In this document: in pieces, positions 1-8,495 of the stretch | How the letters are laid out: every line of letters starts with the position of its first letter | How positions within the stretch are numbered: the first letter of the stretch is position 1 | Assembly (NCBI GenBank): GCA_963662405.2 | Contig: CAXXKT010000001.1 | Location: 160,001-224,000 of the forward strand | Source of the DNA: Syntrophales bacterium | GTDB taxonomy: Bacteria; Desulfobacterota; Syntrophia; Syntrophales; UBA2210 | Length of the DNA: 64,000 bases | Direction: 5' to 3' | Program-made: the position numbers and the translations under genes | Notes under the pieces: model-generated | Seen by the model: only the letters and a program-made list of their open reading frames with translations | Told to the model about the DNA's origin: nothing | Database searches by the model: none

Positions 1-1
1 A

Positions 2-1039
2 AAAACAGGGTGCATTGAGGGCCTTCGATACCAGCAACAGTCAAAAGCACTTCGATGGGCATTAGATCGTATTGCGGCCTGGAACCTGCCTGGCACGGAG
101 CATGTTGAGGAATATTTTCGGAGCATGTATCGGCGGAACTTCAGGCCCAGAACATACGCTAGCAACTTGGCAGCGATTCATGTCTTTCTCACCGTTGTCA
201 GGGATTCGGGAAAGGCCCATTTGGAAGAGGTTACCAAAGGTGACATTGAAGCCTTTATCGAGCATGAGCAGGATCGAGGGTTGATGTTATCAACAGTACG
301 GACGAGGCTGCATTGCGTCAATGCCTTTTTAGGCTATGCAATAGATTCAGGTATTGTTGGCACCGATGTCCTGGCACGAAGGATCCGCCTGAAAAAGCCG
401 GAGACATTGCCTCGAGCCATAGATCCTGATGACGTCAAGCTTCTTCTCTCCGTTATCGATCATCCCAGAGATCGAGCCATGGTCACGGTACTTCTACGGA
501 CGGGAATGAGAATCGGCGAGTTACTCGGTACCATGGTACGGGATCTTCACATGAAAGACCGGAGGGTTGATATTTACGAAGGGGAGAAGAATCGTATCGG
601 GAGAGTGGTCTATCTCAGCGATGATGCGGTCAGTACTTTGAAGGCATGGCTCAAGATGAGAGATGCCCATAAGGAGTTTCTCTTTTATGCCCGAGGTAAA
701 AGTAGCATGTCTTACAGCACTGCTCGTCAGATATTTGTAGATTATCTCACGAAAGCCGGTCTTGCTTATAAGGGATACTCCCTTCATGCGCTTCGCCATA
801 CCTTTGCCAGTGAGCTACTAAATGCCGGTATGAGGATCGAGTGTCTCCAGCCACTGATGGGGCATACATCTCTGGATGTCACCAGGCGCTATGCACGGCT
901 TACGGACAAGACAAGAGAGGGAGAGTACTTCAGAGCCATGACAATCATAGAAAGGGGGAAAATTGATGGACATTACCGATGCGATCATCAGGTACAGGCG
1001 TTTCTTGAAGAGAAGGAACATCTCACCGAACACTATTAA
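2..1039 (+). CDS. Tyrosine recombinase (XerC/D-like), frame open to window start, so possibly 5'-truncated
   Basis: TGMRIGE (catalytic R), HALRH, LMGH, TRRY motifs; no stop in this frame from base 2 to ATG 125. Confidence 0.92.
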   Translation, partial: KTGCIEGLRYQQQSKALRWALDRIAAWNLPGTEHVEEYFRSMYRRNFRPRTYASNLAAIHVFLTVVRDSGKAHLEEVTKGDIEAFIEHEQDRGLMLSTVRTRLHCVNAFLGYAIDSGIVGTDVLARRIRLKKPETLPRAIDPDDVKLLLSVIDHPRDRAMVTVLLRTGMRIGELLGTMVRDLHMKDRRVDIYEGEKNRIGRVVYLSDDAVSTLKAWLKMRDAHKEFLFYARGKSSMSYSTARQIFVDYLTKAGLAYKGYSLHALRHTFASELLNAGMRIECLQPLMGHTSLDVTRRYARLTDKTREGEYFRAMTIIERGKIDGHYRCDHQVQAFLEEKEHLTEHY

Positions 1040-1859
1040 GAACTATTTGAATAGTCTCAAACGGTTTGTGATCTGGCTCGATGTACCGATCGAGGAGGTT
1101 ACATACCATAAGATTACAGCGTATATAGATTGCATGATCGGCCAACGGTTACGTCCGAAGACTATCAACTGTCATCTGAATACGGTTTGTCAGTTTTATC
1201 ACTACCTCATCGAAGAGGAAGGGCTCCCGATCGTGAATCCTGTCAGGAAACCAAATATCATGAAACTCCCCCGGGGACTTCCCAAACATCTCAGAGAAGA
1301 CCACATAGATATCCTCTTCAATCATCTGAAAGGATATCGGGATCGAGCCATGTTTACGCTCATGCTCCGATGTGGCCTGCGAGTGGAAGAAGTGGCTCAT
1401 CTTTCACTCGGCAACATTGATCTTAAACGCAGAATGCTCCTCATCCAGGATGGCAAGGGTGCCAAAGATCGAATTGTCTATATCAGTAACGATGCCCTTC
1501 ATGCTCTCGTGAAATATCTCTGGGTGAGGCCCGCAAACAAAGTAAGGAGGGTTTTTCTGGTAGAGAAAGGGCCATGCACGGGACGTCCTCTCTCCATTCG
1601 CGGCATTCAAAAGCGCATGGAGTATTATGCGCGTAAAACAGGACTCAAGATATCCTGTCACCATCTTCGTCATACAATGGCCACTCAGATGTTGAATGCA
1701 GATGCTGATCTGTCTACCATCCAGGATCTCTTGGGACATAACTCAATCAGGACAACACAACGATACTGCCGAATATCAAATCTCAAAGTACAGAGAGATT
1801 ACTACAAAGCCATGGAGGTGATCATGCAGAAGACGGCTGGCAACTCAAATAATCCTTGA
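966..1859 (+). CDS. Second tyrosine recombinase, overlapping the first by 74 bp
   Basis: CGLRVEE, GKGAKDR, HHLRH, LLGH, TTQRY; purine-rich RBS at 951-960. Confidence 0.92.
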   Translation: MDITDAIIRYRRFLKRRNISPNTIKNYLNSLKRFVIWLDVPIEEVTYHKITAYIDCMIGQRLRPKTINCHLNTVCQFYHYLIEEEGLPIVNPVRKPNIMKLPRGLPKHLREDHIDILFNHLKGYRDRAMFTLMLRCGLRVEEVAHLSLGNIDLKRRMLLIQDGKGAKDRIVYISNDALHALVKYLWVRPANKVRRVFLVEKGPCTGRPLSIRGIQKRMEYYARKTGLKISCHHLRHTMATQMLNADADLSTIQDLLGHNSIRTTQRYCRISNLKVQRDYYKAMEVIMQKTAGNSNNP

Positions 1860-1939
1860 CGGGATAGAGGATTTATGAAACTTTAAACACAGCATAACAC
1901 CATAATATCAATGGTAAATATAGATTATGTTACGTATAG

Positions 1940-2006
1940 GTAGGTGCAAGATGTGAGGTCCGGTGTAGCAGGGGCAGAGCTAGTGTTTGGTTGCGCTGTG
2001 CTTCCT
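1940..2006 (+). repeat. Copy A of a diverged ~67-bp direct repeat
   Basis: 1944-2006 aligns ungapped with 5351-5413 at 49/63 identities (hand count). Confidence 0.85.
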
Positions 2007-2054
2007 GTTGTCAAGCTTCCAGTTAAGAGGGTTGTGCTTTATTACAAACGGTAA

Positions 2055-2151
2055 TGGTTGACATACTGTAGTGCCGTTGGGAAACCAAGTGGAAAACGGA
2101 GTAAACAAGTCTAATCAACATGTAGAATCGAGAGAAAACGGTCTATTTGAC
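2055..2151 (+). mobile_element. Probable degenerate group II intron 3' end (extended domain VI remnant)
   Basis: GGGAAACCAAGTGGAAAACGGAGTAAACAA...GAGAAAACGGTCTATTTGAC resembles, from memory, the GGGAAACCAGGCGGCAAACGGAGAAAACAAAC...GGTCTACTCGAC end of bacterial group II introns; no domain V or RT ORF seen. Confidence 0.5.
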
Positions 2152-3048
2152 GCAATCCAATCCCAAGTGATGGGAAAAGTATTGTCGCTCCGCTAACAGG
2201 TTCAGAAAAGTCGCCACTTCTTCAAATACATCACGGGATATCTCGCCTCTTACGATACCATGAAGATGAAAATGAACATCCCGATAAATTTTGTCGGTAG
2301 ATGAAATCCGATCATAGATTCTCCTACCGCTCCGACTTGCCACCTTGGGATCGTTTTTCGATTGAATGATCAGTGCGGGTATGGACAAAGCGGGAAGAGC
2401 CCCGTATACTTTTTTCATTAACGCCTTAACTTGAACGATGCTCCTGACGGGACAACGGTGATAGTTGATATGCGGGTTGTCAGGATGATTGGCAACAAAA
2501 TCCCTGCGCATGCGTTTAATGCCCATGACGCGAAGCAACCTATTCCACTGGTCAAGCATTTCTGCAAAACAGGAAGAGATGCCCTTAAACTTCAGAGGAG
2601 CATTGACAGAAATCACCGCCGCAAATGCTTCGGGATTGCTGAGAGCTTGATACAGGGCCAACCCGGCACCGGTTGAGAAACCGGCCACAATGATTTGATC
2701 GCAGCAGGTTTTCAGGATGGCGTGTCCACGGTTTACGGACTCAACCCAATCTTCATAGCTGCGCTGTGACAGATCGACTGCTGAAGTTCCATGACCTGCC
2801 AGCCGGGGTGCATAGACAGTATACTCTTGGGAATATAAAAAATCTGCCCATTCACGAACCTCCTCCGGTGCGGCCATAAGACCATGAATCAGGAGCACTC
2901 CCCGATTTGTCCCCTCATGATTAAGCAGATAGGGCTCCCCAATATGACGGCCCTTTGTTTCCCCTGCCAGGAAGTGTTCTTTATAATCCCTTTCAAAAAG
3001 CAGAGATTCTTGGTGGATAAGTCGCTTACATTCGGCTGAGACCAACAT
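2143..3048 (-). CDS. Alpha/beta hydrolase (carboxylesterase/monoacylglycerol lipase-like)
   Basis: LLIHG, PRLAGHGT, GFSTG nucleophile elbow, NDPKV, C-terminal His. Confidence 0.85.
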   Translation of the reverse strand: MLVSAECKRLIHQESLLFERDYKEHFLAGETKGRHIGEPYLLNHEGTNRGVLLIHGLMAAPEEVREWADFLYSQEYTVYAPRLAGHGTSAVDLSQRSYEDWVESVNRGHAILKTCCDQIIVAGFSTGAGLALYQALSNPEAFAAVISVNAPLKFKGISSCFAEMLDQWNRLLRVMGIKRMRRDFVANHPDNPHINYHRCPVRSIVQVKALMKKVYGALPALSIPALIIQSKNDPKVASRSGRRIYDRISSTDKIYRDVHFHLHGIVRGEISRDVFEEVATFLNLLAERQYFSHHLGLDCVK

Positions 3049-3109
3049 CGTTATTGAAGACCTTGTGCTAATGCCTGAATGATCGGTTTATTCAAAATCT
3101 TTAATGCCA

Positions 3110-3760
3110 CTAGGCGATCTTTTGGAAATAGACGATGTAAATCATCGCATAGTGAAGCCCACTTCCGATCAGAACCATGACGTGAAACAGCTCATGAAAG
3201 CTGAAGATTCCTGGAACAAGCTTCGGTTTCTTTATTGCATAGATTAAACCGCCCAGTGTAAAAAACGCCCCACCGGTAAATAACAAAATCCCTGGCACGA
3301 GGGTCATGGATGGCAGCATCTGTTTAATCGGAATGAGCGAGAGACAGCCCATGATGAAATAAATAATGAAATAAAGAACTCTAGGTGCCCGAGGGAAAAA
3401 AAGTTGAGAGACAAGACCGAATCCCACAAGTCCCCACTGGACTGCAATCATTGACCAACGCCAAGGACCATCTAGGTACATATAACAGACAGGCGTTGAA
3501 GTTCCGGCGATCATGCAAAAGATGGCGAGGCGGTCCATTCTTCTCCAGAAAGACAGCTCATTTTCCCTTTTCTTGAAGGCGTGGTAAAGTGAACTCGCTA
3601 AGAAAAGAAAGATCACTGAGCTCCCATAAATCAATGCAACAATCAACGCTGCAATCGAATAGCATGCGACTATCACTAAAAATACAGTGCCGACCACCGC
3701 CGCAATGACGCCTACCAGATGTGAATAGACATTAAAAGCTTCCTGGATTCTTATGCGCAT
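3110..3760 (-). CDS. Hemolysin III / PAQR family membrane protein
   Basis: EAFNVYSH, ASSLYH, RRMDRLAIFCMIAG, HELFHVMV; about 7 TM segments. Confidence 0.9.
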   Translation of the reverse strand: MRIRIQEAFNVYSHLVGVIAAVVGTVFLVIVACYSIAALIVALIYGSSVIFLFLASSLYHAFKKRENELSFWRRMDRLAIFCMIAGTSTPVCYMYLDGPWRWSMIAVQWGLVGFGLVSQLFFPRAPRVLYFIIYFIMGCLSLIPIKQMLPSMTLVPGILLFTGGAFFTLGGLIYAIKKPKLVPGIFSFHELFHVMVLIGSGLHYAMIYIVYFQKIA

Positions 3761-4045
3761 GATTCTTTCCTTTTATCTGGTTTGCTTTGCCAGCAAAGGG
3801 GATTTTTGATGTCAGACCCGATAAAAAAAACTACCATAGCAATCTGTCCATCACATCTATACCACATGTTAATTTAGAATACTGTCATTTTACATTGCTT
3901 AATGCAGATAATTCGTTGTCACTGTATGAAAGTAATTCCATGGACTATATGACCTGAATATTTTATATCCAAGTCGAGATCTTTCAATCCGCAATCATCA
4001 GTATGCGAAGTTTTCAAGGATATTTGTTTGTAGATACCGTTCTTG

Positions 4046-5014
4046 TCAAGCGAAAGCTGGTTTATAATTTGGGTCATACTTTTTGCCGGATTTCAGGATT
4101 CCAAAGATAAGGTGCACCAGCTTCCTCATTATCGCACAGACAATCACTTTCCCGTTTTTTCCTTTCTCTTTAAGGCGATTATAAAAAGCAATCATAACGG
4201 GATTACATTGGATCGATACCAGTGCCGGCATATACAGAGCTTTTCTGAGCCGCGCATGTCCGATTTTGCATAACCTGGGTTTGCCTTTAATAGATGATCC
4301 TGAAAGTGTTTCCCGTGGCGCAAGCCCGATGAACGCCACCAGTTCCCGCACATGACTGAATTTGTCCAGATCATCCAATTCTGCCAGGATGTGAGGAATG
4401 GTTGCCGTGCCGATACCTGGAATGGAAGCCAAGAGCCCTTTCTTGTTTTTCAGGTTCGGATCCCGATCAATTAGATCAGCAATCTGTTCCCTGATTTTCT
4501 CTATTTCCTTATCAAGATAGTTAATGTGTTCTCTGATCAATGGAATAACTGATTCATGAGCTGCACTTATTCGATTCTTCTCCTGACTTCGCATGTTGAT
4601 CAGACTGTCAACTCGCCTGACCAACGCCCTCAGGGCTCTGATCTCCGGTGAGGGTGGACTCCAGGGATCTGGTCTCATAGCCAGACAGAATCTGGCAATC
4701 AAGGCTGCATCAATCTTATCCGTCTTGGTGCGAATCAACTCGCTCTGGCCAAACCCTTTGATGCGAGCGGGATTGACAACACTGACCACATGGCCGGTTT
4801 CATGGAGATAGATCGCCAATTCCTCTCCATAGTTGCCGGTCGCCTCAAGGCAGGCATGTACCTTATGAACTCCCTGTCTCTCCAGCCAGATCGTCAGTGT
4901 CTCAAAACCTTCCACCGTATTTTTGCAGGTTTTGTGTTTTGTCTTCCCCTCTACAAGAAGTGCAACGTCGAATTTCTGTTTTGCGATATCTATCCCAAGA
5001 ACCGATACTGACAT
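4046..5014 (-). CDS. IS110-family transposase/recombinase, apparently intact (322 aa)
   Basis: DEDD tetrad (GIDIAK, LEATG, KTDKIDA), SIPGIG, catalytic Ser in LSGSS, LRKALYMPA, AIMRKL. Confidence 0.97.
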   Translation of the reverse strand: MSVSVLGIDIAKQKFDVALLVEGKTKHKTCKNTVEGFETLTIWLERQGVHKVHACLEATGNYGEELAIYLHETGHVVSVVNPARIKGFGQSELIRTKTDKIDAALIARFCLAMRPDPWSPPSPEIRALRALVRRVDSLINMRSQEKNRISAAHESVIPLIREHINYLDKEIEKIREQIADLIDRDPNLKNKKGLLASIPGIGTATIPHILAELDDLDKFSHVRELVAFIGLAPRETLSGSSIKGKPRLCKIGHARLRKALYMPALVSIQCNPVMIAFYNRLKEKGKNGKVIVCAIMRKLVHLIFGILKSGKKYDPNYKPAFA

Positions 5015-5061
5015 ACTACAATACTCCCTCGTACATTAATCTAATCTCCAGTAAAATAGCT

Positions 5062-5266
5062 TCGTTCGAATCAACCTTGCAAGTGCAAACTCATTCCCAT
5101 CTGAGAAGGTTTATGATACCGTACGAGTTATTGAACAAAGCTGTGGGAAGAGGATCTACTCTACAAATCATGCTCTCTGGCATCAGGTGAAACACAGATT
5201 CACTCTCCCCATTTTACCCCAGTGTCTCAAGATCTCTTATATCTCCTAATCCCCTTCTAGAACACA
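5062..5266 (-). ncRNA. Predicted IS110 bridge RNA (ends approximate)
   Basis: Non-coding left end contains target guides TTTCACCT (5185-5192) and TTTGTAG (5161-5167) inside a stem/internal-loop/stem, and donor guides ACGGTATC (5115-5122) and GCAAG (5076-5080). Confidence 0.82.
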
Positions 5267-5356
5267 AGGTGAAACACAGATTCACTCTCCCCATTTTACC
5301 CCAGTGTCTCAAGATCTCTTATATCTCCTAATCCCCTTCTAGAACACAAGGTGAAA
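5185..5356. repeat. Exact 82-bp tandem duplication of the IS110 left end (2 units plus 8 bp)
   Basis: AGGTGAAA recurs at 5185, 5267 and 5349; units 5185-5266 and 5267-5348 are identical by eye. Confidence 0.95.
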
Positions 5357-5413
5357 AGTGTGAGATCCGGTATAGTAGGGGCAGATCGAGTGTTTTGCTG
5401 CACCATTCTTCCT
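5349..5413 (+). repeat. Copy B of the diverged direct repeat, interrupted by IS110
   Basis: Removing the IS restores GTAGGTGAAAAGTGTGAG, versus GTAGGTGCAAGATGTGAG in copy A. Confidence 0.85.
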
Positions 5414-6093
5414 CCTTGATACAATTCAAATTGAAGCAATTGTCAAAGATTGTTTTCAGGAAGGGTTTGCCCTGACCAAAGGAGTCCTCGGCCCAAAAGG
5501 ATGGAACCCGGAAGCCGATTAAGACGGGTAGATGGTAAATCCTGCTTGGACATTGTTATTGGTTTTGAAGACCCTCGACAGAAAGAATGCAAGCCCACCT
5601 GAAAAGGCTCAAGCTAAGACCAAGGCGGGAGTGATGGGGTCCGAAATATGCTTTCGCGGTGTGTTAAGGTGGCATTTATCATCTTGATATGAAATGACTT
5701 TCTCGACATGATATATGGTCACATATCCACTGGCTGACGGTCTTGACACTCCTTCCTGCCCGTTTCCATATCCTGGGTTAGGCCTTTTTTTCAAAGAAAA
5801 GGCTTGATTATCTCAAAACGCGAGTATAACTTTATTTGGAGGATGTTGTGTATTTCAACAGTTCTAGAAAATATCTGACTCAGAGGTTCCTATAGCGAAA
5901 TATCCAAGCCCCATTTCTCGCAATAGAGAGGATGGGTTTTGTGTTTTCAGGAGGACTCCTTGCCCGATCAGCGGGTAGGAAAGGTCAGGTGAATTAAGGT
6001 GAACGTTTTTTATGCGTGCGGTGCGCATTGGACACTTTGGAGTGCTCGCGCAATCGAATCGAAAACCATGTAGGACATCAGAGGAGAGGATAC

Positions 6094-6546
6094 ATGAAAA
6101 TCTTCAGATTCACTTTGACGGTCTGGGTGGCCCTGATGCTGTTGATGTTTGTTGCAGGGGGTACCGCCGTGGCGGAAGCAGGGTCCCTGCAGGATGACTA
6201 TGAGATAGTTATCAGGGACAGCGTCAACTGGTTTGTGATGCTCAATCATGTCGAAACGGATAACAACCTCATCAGGTACAAGGGAATTCTGTTTTACACT
6301 TATAGCGGCAGAGACATTCAGGGCGAGGCCAAAGCGGTTTATAATGCAAACCCCGACGTCTTGACCATCCAGTGCGAAGACACCTACGATGAGGCCGAGC
6401 CCGACATGATGGCTTACGGGTTTGTGTTTGACACCACAACGTCGAGACATATGCGGGGCGGGTGGGCCTATCTCAAGGCAAAGTGGCAGGGAGGTACCGC
6501 GGCGAGATTGATCAAGGGCACAATCGGTACGCATAGCGCCGATTGA
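6094..6546 (+). CDS. Hypothetical secreted protein (150 aa)
   Basis: GAGGAGAGG RBS; signal peptide MKIFRFTL...AVAEA; no family recognised. Confidence 0.7.
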   Translation: MKIFRFTLTVWVALMLLMFVAGGTAVAEAGSLQDDYEIVIRDSVNWFVMLNHVETDNNLIRYKGILFYTYSGRDIQGEAKAVYNANPDVLTIQCEDTYDEAEPDMMAYGFVFDTTTSRHMRGGWAYLKAKWQGGTAARLIKGTIGTHSAD

Positions 6547-6559
6547 GGGAGGCCGATGC

Positions 6560-7846
6560 ATGAGAAAATCCGTCAGGAATACATCGAGGCGGTTGTGCCT
6601 CATCACAGTCCTCATAGTGATGGCCGTCTCAAGCGGCTGCGGCGACGATACGGATGTCCGATACCGTGATACCGAATGGGTGAACGTCGGGAGTATCGTT
6701 GCTCTGTCGGAAGCCTCGCCCATCTGGGGTTGGTCCTGCCTGGAAGCGCTTCGCTGTGCCGAGGCCGACGTGAATGCAGACCCGGCGAATCAAAATTCAG
6801 GTAAGAAGGTTCGACTGATTTATGGAGACAGCGGAACGGATCCGGATGTAGCGGACGCGCTCCTTGAGTCCTTCATCAACCAGGGGGCGCGTGCCGTGAT
6901 CGGTCCGTTGACCAGTTCGGAATTGTTGACCATGGCCGATACCGTCAACGCCTCCGATTCGATCGTGATCAGCCCCAGCAGCACGATGTCGCAACTATCC
7001 GTTGCCGGCGACAACATCTTCCGCATGGTTCCCGACGATCGCCTCATGATCGAGGCTGTTGTAGAAGCCCTTTTGTACAAGGGTATACGGCATCTTGCGG
7101 TTATGTATATCGATGACGAATGGGGAGCGGCCATTTTCGAGGACTTGAGCCGCTCTTTTGAAGAACGAGGCGGGACCCTGCTGGGGAGTCAAAATTATTT
7201 GAACCTGCGGCCCGACATTCTTCAGGGAGCTCTGGACGATTTAAGTGGTCTGGTGTCGGACCAGATGACAATAAGCGATCCGTCCACAATCGGTTTTATG
7301 ATCATCTGTTACGATGAGGGGTCCGGGATTATCGAGCTGGCTGCTCCAGACCCCGTGCTGGGTGCAATCAGATGGTTCGGTACCGACGGATTTGCCAACT
7401 CCCGATCGCTGCTTGAAAACGAGACAGCCGCTCTTTTTATGGTTCAAACCGAATACCTCGCTCCTTCCCTGTATGTGCCCCTGACGCCTGAAGGGGAGGC
7501 ACTGAAGGAAAGAATCGAGACCGCCACAGGAGTGCCTGCCACCCACTATTCCCTTCTGGCCTACGATGCCTTTCGTACGGCAGCCGAAGTTCTGCTCAAT
7601 GCGTCAAGAAATATTACCCTTGATGATCTGCAGCGCAGCATATTCTCCGGACTCGAATCCGACCACTATGCAACCGGCAACATGGCACTTAACGAAACCG
7701 GCGACAGGGCAACGGGCACCTATTATTTCTATACGGTGGAAGCCGACGGCGGATCATACGCGTGGCGACACGTTCTGACCTGGGAAGATGACCGCATCGC
7801 CCCGGCCGCGACCGCTCCGCTCATTGCGCTGAGCTATCATCAATAG
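6560..7846 (+). CDS. Type I periplasmic-binding-fold lipoprotein (LivJ/branched-chain amino-acid-binding-like), no transporter genes adjacent
   Basis: Lipobox SSGC; DSGTDP, AVIGPLTS, ISPSST, IFRMVPDD, AYDA, LNETGDR. Confidence 0.88.
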   Translation: MRKSVRNTSRRLCLITVLIVMAVSSGCGDDTDVRYRDTEWVNVGSIVALSEASPIWGWSCLEALRCAEADVNADPANQNSGKKVRLIYGDSGTDPDVADALLESFINQGARAVIGPLTSSELLTMADTVNASDSIVISPSSTMSQLSVAGDNIFRMVPDDRLMIEAVVEALLYKGIRHLAVMYIDDEWGAAIFEDLSRSFEERGGTLLGSQNYLNLRPDILQGALDDLSGLVSDQMTISDPSTIGFMIICYDEGSGIIELAAPDPVLGAIRWFGTDGFANSRSLLENETAALFMVQTEYLAPSLYVPLTPEGEALKERIETATGVPATHYSLLAYDAFRTAAEVLLNASRNITLDDLQRSIFSGLESDHYATGNMALNETGDRATGTYYFYTVEADGGSYAWRHVLTWEDDRIAPAATAPLIALSYHQ

Positions 7847-8106
7847 CCGTTTCCGGACATACGGACCGGGTTAATTCCCAACCGACCGTTGGTTCATTAG
7901 GTGTTGAGTACCAGGACATCGATAACGATTCTTTGTGCCACGACATCGCTCACGCTCGACAGTTTTATCGCAGTTGATAATCGAATTCCTCTGCCCCGAG
8001 TTGATCCCTTGATTATCCACGCATGTATCAGCCGGCCTCGATGAGTGCCCTGCGTAATGTTTCCGTTTCGGCCTCTTCCACCAATTATGTAAATAATATC
8101 AATTAT

Positions 8107-8152
8107 GTCAATAATGTCATATCTTGACAAGCATGAGGGCTTGGTCTATAGG
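8107..8152 (+). promoter_or_regulatory. Candidate sigma70 promoter with adjacent operator-like motif upstream of the first fdh gene
   Basis: TTGACA(8124)-17 bp-TATAGG(8147), preceded by GTCAATAATGTCATAT which recurs with one mismatch at 14133. Confidence 0.4.
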
Positions 8153-8300
8153 ATGCATGCCTGATTGTGTAAATCAAGCGTGATGCCCTTGTAAAAAGTC
8201 GGCCGGCGAATGAGACGTTGCTGCCGGCTGAAAGCGTATATTGTGTAAGAATTTTGCCCACTATTTTCAAGTGAGCGCGTAGCTCTGCTCTTTAACAGAG

Positions 8301-8331
8301 TTAAGCTCCCCGTGGTGAGCCGCGGGATATC
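8301..8331. repeat. REP/IS200-IS605-end-like imperfect palindrome
   Basis: AAGCTCCCCGTGGTGAGCCGCGGGATATC hairpin; single copy in window. Confidence 0.35.
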
Positions 8332-8495
8332 CTGCAGAGGACTTTCGTAAAGAGTCAAAGTTTTCATTTCTATTTTCTATACAACTGAAAAATGTGAAAG
8401 AGGCCTGGCCCGTGTCCGGGCGGATTTCTTTCGCCATGGAACTAAAGACATAAAGCCCGTTGGAATACAGTTCAATAAATGAAAGGATCTAAGAG

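Larger units (their letters stand above)
1..1957 (+). mobile_element. Right part of a multi-tyrosine-recombinase element (RIT-like or two-integrase type)
   Basis: Two overlapping co-directional integrases followed by a non-coding end containing CATAA/TTATG motifs and GGTGCAAGATGTGAG; right boundary inferred, left boundary outside window. Confidence 0.55.
4032..5350 (-). mobile_element. Complete IS110-family (IS621-like) insertion sequence bounded by CT cores
   Basis: Minus strand reads TTTTCAC-CT-[TGTGTTC...transposase...TTGACAAGAACGGTAT]-CT-ACAAA; cores are AG at 4032-4033 and 5349-5350 on +. Confidence 0.9.

Noticed and set aside
5185..5356. CRISPR array
   Set aside because: Two identical units with no unique spacers and no cas genes; it is an IS110 left-end duplication.
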